Source of the DNA: Tubiluchus corallicola | Taxonomy: Eukaryota > Animalia > Priapulida | Direction: 5' to 3' | Length of the DNA: 64,000 nucleotides | Assembly (NCBI GenBank): GCA_030141605.1 | Contig: JAQGDQ010000135.1 | Span: 1 to 64,000 of the forward strand | In this document: piece by piece, positions 1 to 14,600 of the stretch | Position numbering within the stretch: the first letter of the stretch is position 1 | Layout of the letters: the number at the start of each line of letters is the position of its first letter | Notes under the pieces: generated by a model | Told to the model about the DNA's origin: nothing | Database searches by the model: none | What the model saw: the letters and a program-made list of their open reading frames with translations, nothing else | Made by a program: the position numbers and the translations under genes

Positions 1-122
1 GACTAATTATAGTCATTTACTATGTGAATAATTAATTTCTGTGCTACAAGGAAACGCAGCAAAGTAGTCTTGTACCCTGCGGTACCTTTTATGTTAATTC
101 CACCAGCACCTAATCATCTCAC

Positions 123-219
123 CTTTCAACTCTTCCCTATTCGTCTCGTAATAATCCAGCTGTGACAGCGACGAGTTTCCAGCAGCACTAGCCAGCGTGC
201 CACCCCAATTATTATCCAT
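123..219 (-). CDS. Probable first coding exon of an unidentified gene continuing off the left edge (MDNNWGGTLASAAGNSSLSQLDYYETNREELK-G)
   Basis: ATG at 219 in AGAAATGG context, 97-nt open frame, strong donor AAG|GTGAGA at 122; more GC-rich than flanks. No recognisable homology. Confidence 0.4.
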
Positions 220-2225
220 TTCTTGCTGCTATGCTATCCAATGCACACACGTAACAATGCTATCAGCTGATTCATACAATGCACGTAATGTGGATTCACA
301 CTTTGTCACATAGTATCTGTTTAATTTCAACGCGCACTATACATTTTCTATACATCAACACACAGCTCTGTCAGACGCATGGCAGAGTTTAAAAGTTCGG
401 TCAGTGTTCTTCGCATTAACACTTCAAAGGTTCTTTTCGACAAACTCGGTTGACATGCAAAAGTCGGAACACACCCAGTAAACGCACATACTAGCGTTTT
501 CTATTAACTTTACCCATATAGCAATCGAAGCGAAGAACGCTTTTGCTGTGGCATTCACTGAAAGCAAATACACCCAAAGCCTAGCCTCTACCTGCTATGC
601 GCCACAGCTAACCTGTTCCTGAGAGTGCCCACGGCCATAATAATTACGTGGGCCAGTAGGGAGTATGGCTCAGTACGCGTCTGCTAAGAGGGCAAACTCT
701 TATTCACTAACCCACTTAGTTAATGTTCTTATCTACTTAAAGAAAAAATACATTCAAAAATTACACTAAAAGAAGTATTGAACAATGCCTTCTTTCGAAT
801 GAGGGCGCCTTTGTAGAATTTTACTCGGCAAACATTAAGTTAGATTGCAGTGTGTGCCTTCAAGTTACACTGATGAGTAAAACACCGTATTTGATTTAAA
901 CGCCTTTAGCTCTTATTTTAATACAACTAGATAATATACTGCTTATCGTGTTTACAGAATCTTTGGAGTTTTCAAACCCAGAACAAAAGTATAAATGTTC
1001 AAACTAATACCAATAATTGGCATTTATACACTAACAAAACTTAAACAGAGCACAAACTAATGAAGCTTGCACCACTAAAAACTAAACAAAGTGCTGTAAG
1101 CTAATAAAGCTCATGCAGAGAAAAACGTAATATGAGTAATGCACAGCACTTATAACTTGTCAATCACACTTAAGAGAATATGACAACTGCTGTTTGCAAA
1201 CTGGCTAAGGTACTCTAGAAACTAATAACTAGCAATGCCAATGCTAGGTTAAATGCCAACAATAGGCTGTTAAAGTCTGCCTTGGCTCCCAACACAAAAC
1301 CCTTTTTGACACAAGATTTTCTGAAAGAGTTCAAGTTGTTCACGAGATTATTCAACTGCCAATAATAATTTCGATTTCTCAGACTAAATTTCTACTCACT
1401 CTGCTCTATACCAAATCACATATTTTAAGTCACAAAACAAACAGAAAAATGTATTGTTTCACAAAAAATGTATTATACCCAAAAATTATGTGACAATTGA
1501 CTTATGTGATCTAAGCAAAATATTCTACAAATTGAGGGCTCAATTCATATTCAAGTTATGCAATACATAGCATGATCATAGTTACTGTAACTACACAAAA
1601 AAAACCATTGAGAAAATGCAGATGCAATTTACAGTTAGACTTCTGTAGTCACCGAAGCGAATGTAATGCAGCTTTTGCATACATTAGACAATTTAGCCTA
1701 AAATATTACTTCAAAAATCGTGACACAGCAACCCTGCATTACGCAGCCTACATGCAACGTTAATTCTTACACACACACACACATATGTATATATATATAT
1801 GTATGTAATAATAAATATTGATATTTGTTAAACTCAATGCTGAGGCAGAGGTGCTGAATAACTGTCAACTATTAGCATTACCAAAACACCAAATAAAAAA
1901 TGAAACATGTTTGACTATTGGTATATTCCGAATCACAACTTAGCGTAATTAAAGCAAAAAGAAAACATGTCAAGCGTATTATCTACGACAAACATTAATA
2001 TAATTATAAGGTGGACCTATAGACTATTTTCATAATATCTAAATCTACAACTTTGTATGTAGACATGACAATAAAAGTCAGCATTTATCAACAAATGAAA
2101 ATGGCTAGATTAGAAGTTAGATAATTCAAATTCACAAATTTGCATCAACACATACACTAATGCATCAATTATAATCAGTTTAATCACTGAACACGATACA
2201 ATTTTTGTCAAAATAAAGCTGGCAG

Positions 2226-2385
2226 ATGTTTCAAGTGTTATGATCTTTAGAATTGTAAGTTGGGCAAAAGTGACAAAAAGGTGACATTTCTTACTTACTA
2301 ATTAAATGTTTCAAGTGTTATGATCTTTAGAATTGTAAGTTGGGCAAAAGTGACAAAAAGGTGACATTTCTTATTTACTAATTAA
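2226..2385. repeat. Tandem duplication, 2 x 80 bp, near identical
   Basis: atgtttcaagtgttatgatc...tactaattaa at 2226-2305 and 2306-2385, one mismatch seen. Confidence 0.9.
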
Positions 2386-3116
2386 TAACGTTTCAAGATA
2401 ATATTTCAAAGTCTAAAATTTTCACAAAGGCAAATATCCTCACATGACAAATCATTGAAAAGTTTGAGTAGAGCATTACTTAAATATTGACGGTTGTGTT
2501 GCATATCACTGCACTGCTTATATCATTTTTCTTCCTCATTTTGGCGAACAAACATCCATGTGAATCTAATCTGATTAATTCCTTGATACATACAAGACAC
2601 ACAAAACAATGACATGGTTTTTAGAAAAGCACTTCACAAAAGGAGTGTAATGAAATATATAACCATATTTGGATAACTAATGTAAGTACAACCAAGGACA
2701 CCATTTAAATGTTACCAAAGGGCATCTAACATGGTGTCTTGAAAAAGATGAGTGGGAAACTGGATTCATAAAAACCTAAGACCTGAACGTGTGAGACAAT
2801 CAAAACTCCTCTTGATCGCTTTCCTCTCGCAAGGTTAAGCGGCATTTACAAGACATACGGAGTGCAATATGTACTACCGTGTAAACCATACTACTGGTCT
2901 GATAAAAGGGTACAATGAAAACAATATAAAGTGATTTTTGCGCAATAACGCATAAAGCATTCCGCACGTCTGGTAAACGACGGTTTAGTCATCAACATCA
3001 TTGACAAAACGCAACTAAACAAATAAACGCAGTCCAAGTTGTCAAAGAGAACATAAGTGCAGTCAATACTATGAAAAAAAAACAACAAACTGCACTTAAT
3101 ATAAATTCAAACTCAT

Positions 3117-5664
3117 CTAGTCAATATCGTCCATGGAAGGAGGCGGTCCACTTGGTTTTGACTGCGCAGTCGGATCAGGATTGCTGTCAGTAGGAGGCGT
3201 TGTATTGGACGCACCAGTGGTGCCACTTGGTCTTGGAGGAAATCCAGGCATGCCTAAATGATATGAAACAGCATCGTTTTATAACATTATTTGCAATTAC
3301 ACACTATCCAAGAATGAAATGCAATTTTTTATGCAGCTTGGTGCTATCGCTATCGCAATTTAATAAATCTGTGCATCAGTTTCCAGTTTCCAATCTGAGA
3401 TGAAATGTCTATAAACATGCAGAATTAATTTAACTACACTGTTTAGTGTAATTAATCTGTGTGAGACTAATTATGAATCCAACTTTTCAATGTACACTAT
3501 CAAAATTAGTCTGTGTTAGACTATTTTGCATACAGACTAATTAGATTAAACAGTGTAGAAAAGGTTAATTTGAAGTTAATAAAGTCACAGACTCACTAAC
3601 AAATTTTCAATAGCAAACAAAAGGTATTCAACCACACAATAGCATACAGTTTAAATCGATATGAAGTTACATCCGTAAAAACTGATTTAATAAATTAATA
3701 CTAATTTGGTAATACTAATATACATAAACAATGGTACAACTTAGATTTTAAACCTAAGAATTTACATAATTTTCAGCCTGAATTCAAGACAATATTATGC
3801 CAAACGAGAGGCATCTTATATACAAGCAAACTGTGTCGAACTTGTGCTACACTCAAAGTCTCTATCACAAGTTAGCCAACTAGACTGAAATTTGTGACAA
3901 GAAGTCAAAATCCAGAAAAAAACTTTTTAAGTATAGAATTCATCACATCTGGATACCATGTTTCAAATTCCTAAGTTTCAGTGTTGGCATCATGCCTTTC
4001 ACATCATTTTCTTTTAGAGGGACAAGGGAAGCAAAGGCATGTGTCCAGACAATTTTACTAAAAGTATAAATACAACGAAATAACGTGAAGTAGCATTTTC
4101 AGAAAACAAAATCATAAACAATGTATTACTGTGACTGTGCAAACTGCTACCTTTGACTTAGACTCAGTAATACTCATAAGAACACTAACCTCCAGGCATC
4201 CCACCTGGCATCCCACCCGGCATGCCACCTGGTCCACCGCCCATTTTTGAAGCCATTTTACTCATGAAACTCATCACTTTCGGGTTGTTCTGATACTTGG
4301 AAATGTTCACCGGATTTTTGCTGATTTCCTCGAATGCCTTCACAATTTCCGGATCCTGAAATTATCGCTATGCTCAAGTTTTCCGAAAATTATCATTGAG
4401 ATAATTGCCTGTTAACCATAGATTTTCTAGGTAACAAGGATAATAAAAGTTTTCCCTTTTTGTTATATTCAATGTACTTTTAACCAACTAATATGTGATG
4501 GTCTTATATATTTTATGAATTAATTTTTTAGTAATTTTGATGATCTTTTACTTGTCAGATGCACTTGATCATCAAGTAAAATGCATTAAATATATTCAAT
4601 AAATTATTATTATTATTATTATTATTTTAATATTCTTGGAGAAACAATAATTTACTGAACGCTAAACAAATAAAAAATTATTTGCACTTTTGTAAGTTAG
4701 TGAGTGATTAACGCAAAACATAATGAGTTCTTATAATTACTTCTAACATTTTTGTCACTTGCAACCATATATGCTTATGCCACTCAAATACTAAAGCAGT
4801 AATTGTAAACCAAAGTTTAATTCACAACTGCAAATAGAAAAAATAAGCAGCGAATGTAAACCTGGAAAGCGCTGATGATTTCTGGGTCACCCAACAAGTT
4901 CTGTAAGTTGGGCATGCCGCCCGCAAAACCGGCCCCTGGAGGAAATTCATGTTCCTCATCAGCATCATGCTTGGCTCTGTCCTAAAAAAACAAATTAAAA
5001 AGGTGGAAGAATGATGTTTCAAAAAATTTCATGCTATTGAAGGAAGTTTCTAATCTGAAAACTCATTAAACTAATATTTTCTCCCACTTCTTTAAAGCTA
5101 GAAAAAATATTACACCTCGGAAAGAGGCAGCTGTCAAATAATCTGTCAAACAGTCTGGAAGTCTGCACATCTAACTATAGTGCTAGTTCTACAGATATAG
5201 TGCTGAAGACTAATATGTGATTGGTTAGCTAAATGTTGTCACTTCTCGAAACGATTAATTTTGTCAAGCTATCTATTCATAAACCACTGCATTTAGTCAA
5301 AAGTCGATTGTGGACTAGTCCACAATTTTTCAGTGTCTCATTTTTTCTCTAACTCATTACCCGGAAAGGGTAATAATTGTTAAAAATAAACCGCAATTGT
5401 TTATAACCACTCTGGCGATCACAGTCATAATCTAACTAATTAATGATCGATTTTTCTTATAACTTCAGATTGCAGAAAAATACTTAAAGAAGACAAACGA
5501 TTTATACTAAATTCACACGAAAAACCATGCACTGGAATTTTGCACTGGTGGTGTCACATTTTGCTCTGGCTGCGACTTCGCCATGCCACAAATTTTGAAT
5601 ATGCTCTATCATAAAACTGGTGTGAGAAAATACATTAGTCAGCAATGACAACTGTGTTTTATAC

Positions 5665-5697
<33 letters not shown>

Positions 5698-8600
5698 CGT
5701 CTTTAAACTAATAAACCAGCAACTAGGGAACTCTAGTGACCAGTTTTAAACACGTGTGCAGCATAACATATTTTCGTTTCAACACTGTTTACTCAAGAAA
5801 GTGATGACACAGTCTGAAAGATTCGACATCTTTTTACAGAAATGGTACAGAAACATTATTGAAAATTGTTCCTTCTTTTTGACAAAAAAATTGACTGTAC
5901 ATTTCATTACAGAAAAGAACCTATTGAAGCTCACTCACTGCTTGTGCTTTAGCATGTGCCTCTCTTGCTTTTTTTACTCTTTCTTGTTTTGCTTTGATTT
6001 CTTTCTCTTCTTGACGTCGCTCTCGCTTCCTCTTGTGTTCTGCCAACTTATGAGCCTGTTTAAAAAACAAATCAATTACTTCGGATAATAGAAAAAATGT
6101 AAATTATATATAACTATTGTTTCCCACAGTATTTTTGGGGAAACAAAAATAAAGAACAGAGTAAATGAATAAGAAAAGTCTGTTCAATAGTAAATTCTTA
6201 CGCACATACATTAGGTGTCACAGCTTTCAGCCATTCGTTAGCTGAATCATCGTAATCGATCTTGCAAGTTGTCTGCAAATCATGCGCTGCCTCCTCCCAA
6301 TGACCAAGCAACCTGTAAATTATCACTTATAAATCATAAACATGTCTGGTAAGCAGATTAAAATGGGAACACAAATAGTTAGTTAAAAAAGCATACAAGA
6401 TACTGAAACAAAGTATTCAGTATTTAGCTTCCAACAATGAGCAATTTTAAATGCAAATCAAACATGGTACATGTCCATGTAGAAACTTTATAGTTTATTG
6501 CTGAACTTGTAAGAAATTTGCAGCTAGGAAGATGTTTTAGACTGAAGTTAAAGATCTAGCTGGTTCCTCTGGTGGTTCTGGTGGTTAGACTGGACTATGA
6601 ATGAAATCTCTGTTGAACTGTAGAAGACTTTATTTATGCTATTTATACATATTACACTGTTGTATTTACAGGAAAAACAGAAACACATGTAGATGGTGTC
6701 AATTCAGCAGCAATATGCCTCCATGCTGGCCTAGACCTGACAAGTCACATGCACCTACAGAGCCTACCTGATTGACCAGTGAACCTCACTAGTAGATTAT
6801 GTAACCAGATTTGGGAAGCCGAAATGTGTGACAGAGCAGTACAAACCAAGGCAACAACCTGAATGAAAACTGGGTCAAGTGATAATAATAAAGAAAATTA
6901 AATTTAAATACAGGTGGCAGCACATGTTCAATTATTTTGTAGTAATAGTTTTTAAGGTTTGATCATATGATGCGCAAGTGAAAATGCGCAGTAGTCTATA
7001 ATAAAGAATCAGAAAAGTTTTCAGGCACTGCTTTGTTACCAGGACCTATAAAAGTGATGTATCGATAAAGTTAATACTCTTTCATTTTCGATGCGCCCTG
7101 AATTTTTAAGTTATGATTAAATAAATTCAGCCGTAACACAATATAAAAATTCAAAACAACACTGTTGGAAATGAATGCTATCAAGAAATCACGACACGAT
7201 GTTTTGTATTGTACTGTGTTATTCAAGAATAAGTTTGTCTTGGATTTTCACATTGTGCTAGAATTGCTAATTGTATGCACTTGAAATCAAGAGTAGTGAC
7301 CAAAGACTTGTAGAATTTCAACACTTCTATGACATTAACGAGCATAAGCCAAATTTGATAACATTAAACAAAGCATTATACAACCGCCAACAGAATATTT
7401 TTTGCACATTATGCAAAAGATATTTCACCACAAGTTTTTTTTGCCAAAATTTAAAAGCTCAATGTTGACTTGTTGATCTAAAGCAAATTAAAGGTATGGG
7501 TGATTTTTATACTCTTTTAAAAACCTTTCCAAGAGATGCTTTGTTTTTTAGGGTAAAATCTAATACTTTTGCTCGATTTAGTATCGCTGGCTATGTTAGA
7601 ACTGTTTGTACCATCTTGGCAACTTGCAGAAAGACCACTATCATAATGAATGGCTGAAGTGTGTTAGCAAATATCAGCCAAAATATGTAAAATGGTCAAA
7701 ACAGCCAAGAACAGAAAGCTAGGTAAATGTTTATAAATGTATATTTGAATATAAGAGCAACTACACTGACATACATGTGAGCTCTGCCTCGCCACTTGTA
7801 CCCTGCAGCTGAATCTGGGTTGAGCTCTATAGCTTTCGTAGCATCTTTTATAGCTGCGTTAGGCTTCTGTAATTTGATGTAAACACTGCAACAGAAAGCA
7901 TTAATCATGATCATACAAATCCTCCAAGTTCAACATTTATTTGCAAAAAGATAGGAACAGAGAGGTTTCTTTTCTAGCTAAGTACTTTTTAAATAAATGA
8001 TAATTAATGTACAATAAAAAAGCAAGAAAATTACACTTTAAATTTAATTCGATGGCTTTCAAATTATTCCTCACATAATCAATACTAGTGCACACTAGTT
8101 ATACAGCTTTGCAAAATTAGACTACAAGCATTACAAATCTTGCATGAATTCCACACTTCGAAATAAAATAAAAATAGTTTAACAGACAATTTATTGAGCA
8201 ACACAGCTCAAGATTTTGGCAATTTAACGGTAGTTTTTTTCAAATATATATAAATATATATATATATGTTTACAATCATTATTTCTCATATAATTGACAT
8301 TAGTGCACACAAGTTACACAGCTTTACAAAATTAGATTACAAGTATATATATCTATATATACAATCAAATTTTGAAAAAAATTGTTACCTTTAGGATTGT
8401 TTTTTTTTAAAATCATTTCTTAAACCCATTTAACTTTCATACTTCATTGAGTGTATCTAAATATAAATACCTCTAGATTGAGCCTAAAACTCTAATGTAA
8501 AACTGCACTATGAAAAATAAAATTACCTTGCACGTTTTGCATATAAAGGAGCTGAATGTGGATTCAATAAAATGGCTTCTGTAAATAAGGTAATTGCTTT

Positions 8601-11600
8601 ATCCATTTCACCTGAAAAAATTAATTATTTATACTCTGACTTCTACAAAGATTTAACTAATGGTAATATATGTACATAAGTTATTAAAAGCATTTTACAA
8701 GACAAAGCAACTAAAAATTATTTACTACATCCTGCTCTAAACATACGCCCTGGCACAACTATTTAAGAATAGGCTTCACTAACAGCCGGTGACACTATAG
8801 AATACTGACTCGGCTTTAAGTAAGAATTTAAATTCTTTAAATAACCACACATAGACAATAAAAAAAGATTTATTTCGCTTTACCACTGTTCACGATTGAT
8901 TTTAAGTCAGGCTAATGGCACTGGTCTAAATTCTCGATCAATTATTACATTCTCTTCTTCGACTTGTAAACTAGACATTTCAAGTGCATAAACTTGTTGC
9001 TTTATTGCACAGAAACCTGTCGTTTTCTACAGGAACACACCAGTTTTGTGTACCACACCACTGTTGTCATAGTAACAACAGATATAATAAACTCATAATT
9101 CAGGTATTTAATCATATCTAACTCATACGTAAACTCGATTATGTATATAATTAATAAGAAGTGAAACATCGCTTTTACTATTTGCTTACACAAGTTTTTT
9201 AGAGAATTAATAATTGCAGAAGAAAGCTTGTACATTAGCCCTAGACAGTTCCACAGTGCAGTGGCGTGTTTGTGGCAAGCAGGAGAAAAAACTTCTGGCG
9301 CCCTTTTAATGTTTTGATCATTTGTTTCGTGGGTAAAGCCACAAACTGAGTGTGTTTTTTGCGTCCCTGAGCCCAACTTTCCTTTTTCGATATTATGGGA
9401 TAAAGGCAAACGAATAAGAATCACCCTAAGTTTGAAGTGCAGTACTGGAGCAGAGAAACTCTTTACCATGCATTAGTTGTAAATATCACGATGGTCCTTA
9501 AACATTCAGCTCCAGGACTAAAGCATGCAAAGATTTGAAAGATACAAAACACTACAATTTTCACAAATAATACAATCAGCATTTACAGAAACGCCAGTGT
9601 TTCTCCCGAAATTATTGATCTGCTAAGTCACAAGCCACCCTACACATTTAAGTAACAACATTAGCTTTTTCCTAGAGTGTATATAGTAATTAAGTGAGCT
9701 ACGAAGATCTCTGATTGGGCAATTTCGTTGTAGTTATAAAACCTTTGTTAACTGTTTTGTTAATGTCGGATTAGTAATTAACAATTAACAGTCAGTGAAT
9801 TTTATGCCTTCTCATCCTTGCACCCGGAGGTGATTGAACCCTGTTACCCCCACCTTGCTACGCCTCTGCAACAGCATTACACTGATTAACTTAATAAATA
9901 AGAGAATATGTTTTACAGACAACCTTCAGACAAGGCAGATAAGCCTTCACTACGTTTCTCATCAGACTGGTCTATCATTGCTTCAGTCACCTATAAATGC
10001 AATTTAGGGTCGATTATGCAAAGTCAATGTTTTGACGATTAGAGATTAAAAATGCTTCAACTACTACATATGTACTGTTGAATTTAAAAAACGAAAAAAC
10101 CATGAGAGAAATTTAAATAAGAAACTTTCAAAAAGAGCAACACCTTATCAACTTGTTTACTTATCTATTAGCTGCTTTAACCAAGTCTTAAATGCTTCTT
10201 AATTAATGGCACAACAATCACCTTATGTTTATGATCAAAATATTCATGTTTTCAATTCTTTGATTTAGCCTCAGATTTGATGACTGCGTGTTTACAATTT
10301 TAGGTAAATTGATGCAATGGCAATGCTAATATCCATTGCTTTTGTTTTTATAAAATTGCCTTAGAAATGAATCAAATATGACATCTAAGTAAATGAACCT
10401 TGTAATATAAACGAATGAATGCATTCAACCCAGAATTACACTAAATGCATTACAATCACTCCAATGCCATCTATGCACAGTAAAATACAAGCTAATACAA
10501 TAAAAAGAGAATATCACTTTAAAATACAAAAAACACCTCTTTATTTTCATCACCCATTGTGTGTTCTTCATCTGGTTCTCCTTCAATCACACCAGTGTTG
10601 TCCAATTCTGAGAAAAAAATTTGGTTACAAAATTAATGATAGGTATGTACATAAAAACACAACTCTATCTCACGTTCCACAGGAAATATAAAATTCAAAC
10701 TCAAAAGAAAAAATGTGCCCAAAAATTTTTTGATGGCTAAAGCTGTACCACATAATAAAAAACAAATTGTCTGTGTAATTATTAACACTGTTTGATATTA
10801 CACTTTCCAATACAATACATTTTGTCAAAAGTTTTAATATGAAGTAAAGAGAACTTGTAGTTTGCTTTCACATTTCATATACTACCTCAATGAATAATGA
10901 GAACGCTAATAAGCAAACAATTACGAGTAGTGATTTCCCCAAAAATTTGAACCTAAAAAGGACAAATACACTTAATTGCTGACTAATAGCTAAACGGTGA
11001 TTACTCAAAGCAGAATGGCCACATTTAAACACAAATGACTTGTTTTGAAATATCACTTTTTGCTTGTTGTACATCCCTAATTTTTTTACAAGAAGAGAAC
11101 AAATGACTCAAATGATGAAGTGAACTATACAAAAAATAATTGATTATTTTGTGATAATTTATATAGTGATTATAAACACCAAGCACGCAATGGCAATGTA
11201 GCTTTACTGCTTAGATAATACATTTTTACATACGAATTTTTTCTACCCAATTTACATATTTTATGTATTAACGAAACATTAGGCACAGTTACAGTGCCAA
11301 CTGATGCAAAGAACTAGTAAATTGCAAAGTAGATTAGTTTACAGGCCAGGCAACTGTGAACAGCGTACTCATGAGCATTATTGACACAGCTGCAATAGCA
11401 AAAAATTACCTAAATGCAAGATTCGACAAAGCACACAAGAAAACAAATGTGATGTAATTATTGTTTGCAATAATAACAAATTAATATAAAAGATAAATGA
11501 AGCAAATATGAGTAAAAAAGAAGGCTTAATTAAATTAGTCAAACTATGGCAGATTCCATTGTGTGATAACAGATCCCATAGGAAATCTGCTATATAAACT

Positions 11601-14600
11601 CCTGTTTCGCCAGCCTGATAACAATTACTAATAACAAAGCTATTTGCACGTACACGTGCAACTTATAGTCTGTACCAGAATAGTGGTTAGTGAAACTCTT
11701 CAAGCTGTTCGCACATCTAGAGAAGCGCCAGAATATTCTTTAATTAAATTAACCTCAACTATGAAGATGTATGGACTAAACGACTCTTTGGCGAGAAATT
11801 TAACAGACAGCAACACAGAAATCGGATTTGCAGACCCAGTCGTTTTTGCTGCAAATGTTATAGCTGTTCTCTTGATAATTGTGTGCAACTGCTTAGTAAT
11901 TATCTGTGTTCTGAAATATGAATTCTTGCAGACAATTCCAAACAAGTAAGAATTTAATTTTGATTTGAGCACATATTTTATGCACTATTTCAAAAGGGTA
12001 CAAAATGGCAGAGAAAAAGACTAGGGAGGGTAAGTTTGGCAACAAATCTTAAATCTTAAATGGGAATGGTCTGCAGAGAAAACGAGGAAAACAGAAAAAA
12101 GAAAGAAACAAAGAAATGTACAAACAAATAGCACTACATGCAATCTGTTATTCAATTTTCTAGGTTCATTTTAAGCTTAGCAGTTGCTGATTTAACAGTT
12201 GGAATTTCAAATACCTTCTATATGGTGATAGATTGGATCGTACCTACTAAAAAAAGGACAATTACGTAAGTAAAATCTTTATTCATAGCTGCTTTAAAAA
12301 TCTGAACTGTTGCTACTGCCTAATAGTTAAAGTTATCCAAAAGACGCTACTAATCTCGTCAATACAATTACACTATGATCTACTGTTCCTTGACAGGTTG
12401 TCATTGTGGCACAAGCAAAAGCGCAATAACGTAACAATAGCTACGACAACGGCAACACAGAAATGTAATTTTGATTATCTGTAAGAAATTAATTATAATA
12501 ATACATGCTCATACCAGGAATTGGCATAATTGTTCTGAAATTTCTTTTGTCAGGTTTTTCTACTGTTTCATCAGAATAGGAATACTTGACGTGTGCCTCA
12601 TGGCATCAATAACAAGTTTGTTAGGAGTCACAGTCGACAGGTACATCAACATAATCTACCCCCTCCACTACCCAACCATAATCACCCCCACCAGAGCTAC
12701 AATTGTTCTTATCTCCGTATGGATCTGGTCTTGTTTCTTCACTCTTGTTCCAATGATAATATGGCACAACCTTCAACAGTCCTGTTTCATTGAAGTTTTC
12801 ATTAACAAGTACTAATGGCTGGCACAGATTATCTACTACTTTATAGTTGTCTTCACAATATCAGTTCTTTACAGCAGAATATTCCACGAAGCATGGAGAA
12901 AAACTAGACAAGTCGGTACCACAAGGAACAAGAATGAAAGTTTCAAATCGAAAATAAAAATAGCTAAAGTTTTCTTCATAGTGTTTGGCTATCTCTTTGT
13001 ATCGCTGACACCATGTTATATCATCTATACTCACTTGGCAATAATTGAAAAAGATCATCTTAATGTTCCCTGGACAAGACTTATTGGTGTAACTGATCTA
13101 CTTGTACTTTCAAATTCGGTAATGAATTCCGTCATTTATGCATGGAAATACCAAGATTTCCGTAGAGCTATGAAAAAGTTGTGCCAATGCAGAGGTTAAA
13201 GATGTCTGCACAATGGCAAATCAGCAGGTGTGTAAGTATAATATATAGCAAACAGTAGCTCTTACTTTTTATTATTATGCACTAGTTTGATAATAAATTC
13301 TGCAATTGAACATATAACAAAAGCAAATTCACTATTGTGTAAAATGTTGTCTATTGTGCCAAAACCGAGCAATAGTACTTGTATAGTAGGCACATGTTTC
13401 TAGCAAATTCTGCAATTTGTCAAAATTGTGTCACATGATTGGTCAACACGTCTTTCATAGAATGTCGAATGCAAACTTAGAGTTCGAGCGAAGATGTAAC
13501 AATGATATGTTAATAATATTAGTATGTATTAATATTTAGAATTTCTAGTGTTCTACAATAAAACAAATAATAGCTAGTTTTTCGAACAACAGGTGCATCA
13601 TCAAGATCATCACTACAAGCACCACTGCCCTCAAACTAGGCAATGCTTGTATAATTTTTGTTATAATTTATCAGCAATTAATTAGTTACATGTTAATTAG
13701 TATTGTAACATTAAGTTTAATGAAAAATTATTTAGTTTTTAGCTATTGCTGTAGTGCCAACTCTTTAACAAATGGACTGGGAAACTATATCTTTTTGCAT
13801 TTTGTTGTCAATAAACAAAGATAATCTAACCTAACACAGCAAAAACAAGCAATTACGCAAAACCATTATAACTAGACTCTAAAATTTAGTTTAAAAGGGG
13901 GTGTTGTGAAAGAAATGCCATTTAATAAGCCTTTATGCTTAACAACTGATGCAAAAGCAAAACAGTTCGCATGAGATTGGAAGAACAAACTAGACAAATC
14001 CAAGTAGCATTATACAACCTGACAAACTTAAATTCGATCAACTACCAAAATTACAACACAGGATAGGATAGGATCCATGATGGTGCGGGAATATAGAGCA
14101 TTTTAGAAAATGGAAGTAAATGAAGTGAAAGATTTTTATGGGATTAAGTAAGTCTACAAATATCGATTGTTCATTCCACAAAACGCAAGATCAACATTAT
14201 GGTTTTATGACGATGGAACAAGAAAAGTTTATTGATGAAACATTTTTGACATTTGTGCTTACAGGAAAAAGTGTTAGTAAAAAAATAAGCAAAACCACTT
14301 GACCAGTAAGAAGTGTTTCGTAAAAAAGAATCCAAAAGTTAGCTAAAAACCAATTAGCACTTTTCATATTTGTCAGGCGAGACGAGTAGCTGGCTACAAG
14401 TAAATGAATGAGTGAGAGTTGGCAAAAGTGTTTCCAGGCAGTTTCATTCACAACACTGTCCCCTTAATTCGGGCATGGTGCACATATGTTCTAACATAAT
14501 TAAGGCACTTCTGCCGGTTCCACAATTCATTTTACAAAATTAACCTTAACAAATGCCCACGTTGCCGGAAACATATTCCGATGGAACTATTGTTGTATTT

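Noticed and set aside
865-905. CTGATGA as a hammerhead ribozyme core
   Set aside because: No stem II followed by GAAA and no closing stems could be built.
6670-6865. Plus-strand exon-like stretch with faint serine-protease-like spacing (AAICL..LQ..C..MC)
   Set aside because: Internal stop, no catalytic motifs and no partner exons.
9002-9469. 155-aa ORF and its look-alikes at 61751-61955
   Set aside because: They overlap copies of a hAT-like MITE and have no protein motifs.
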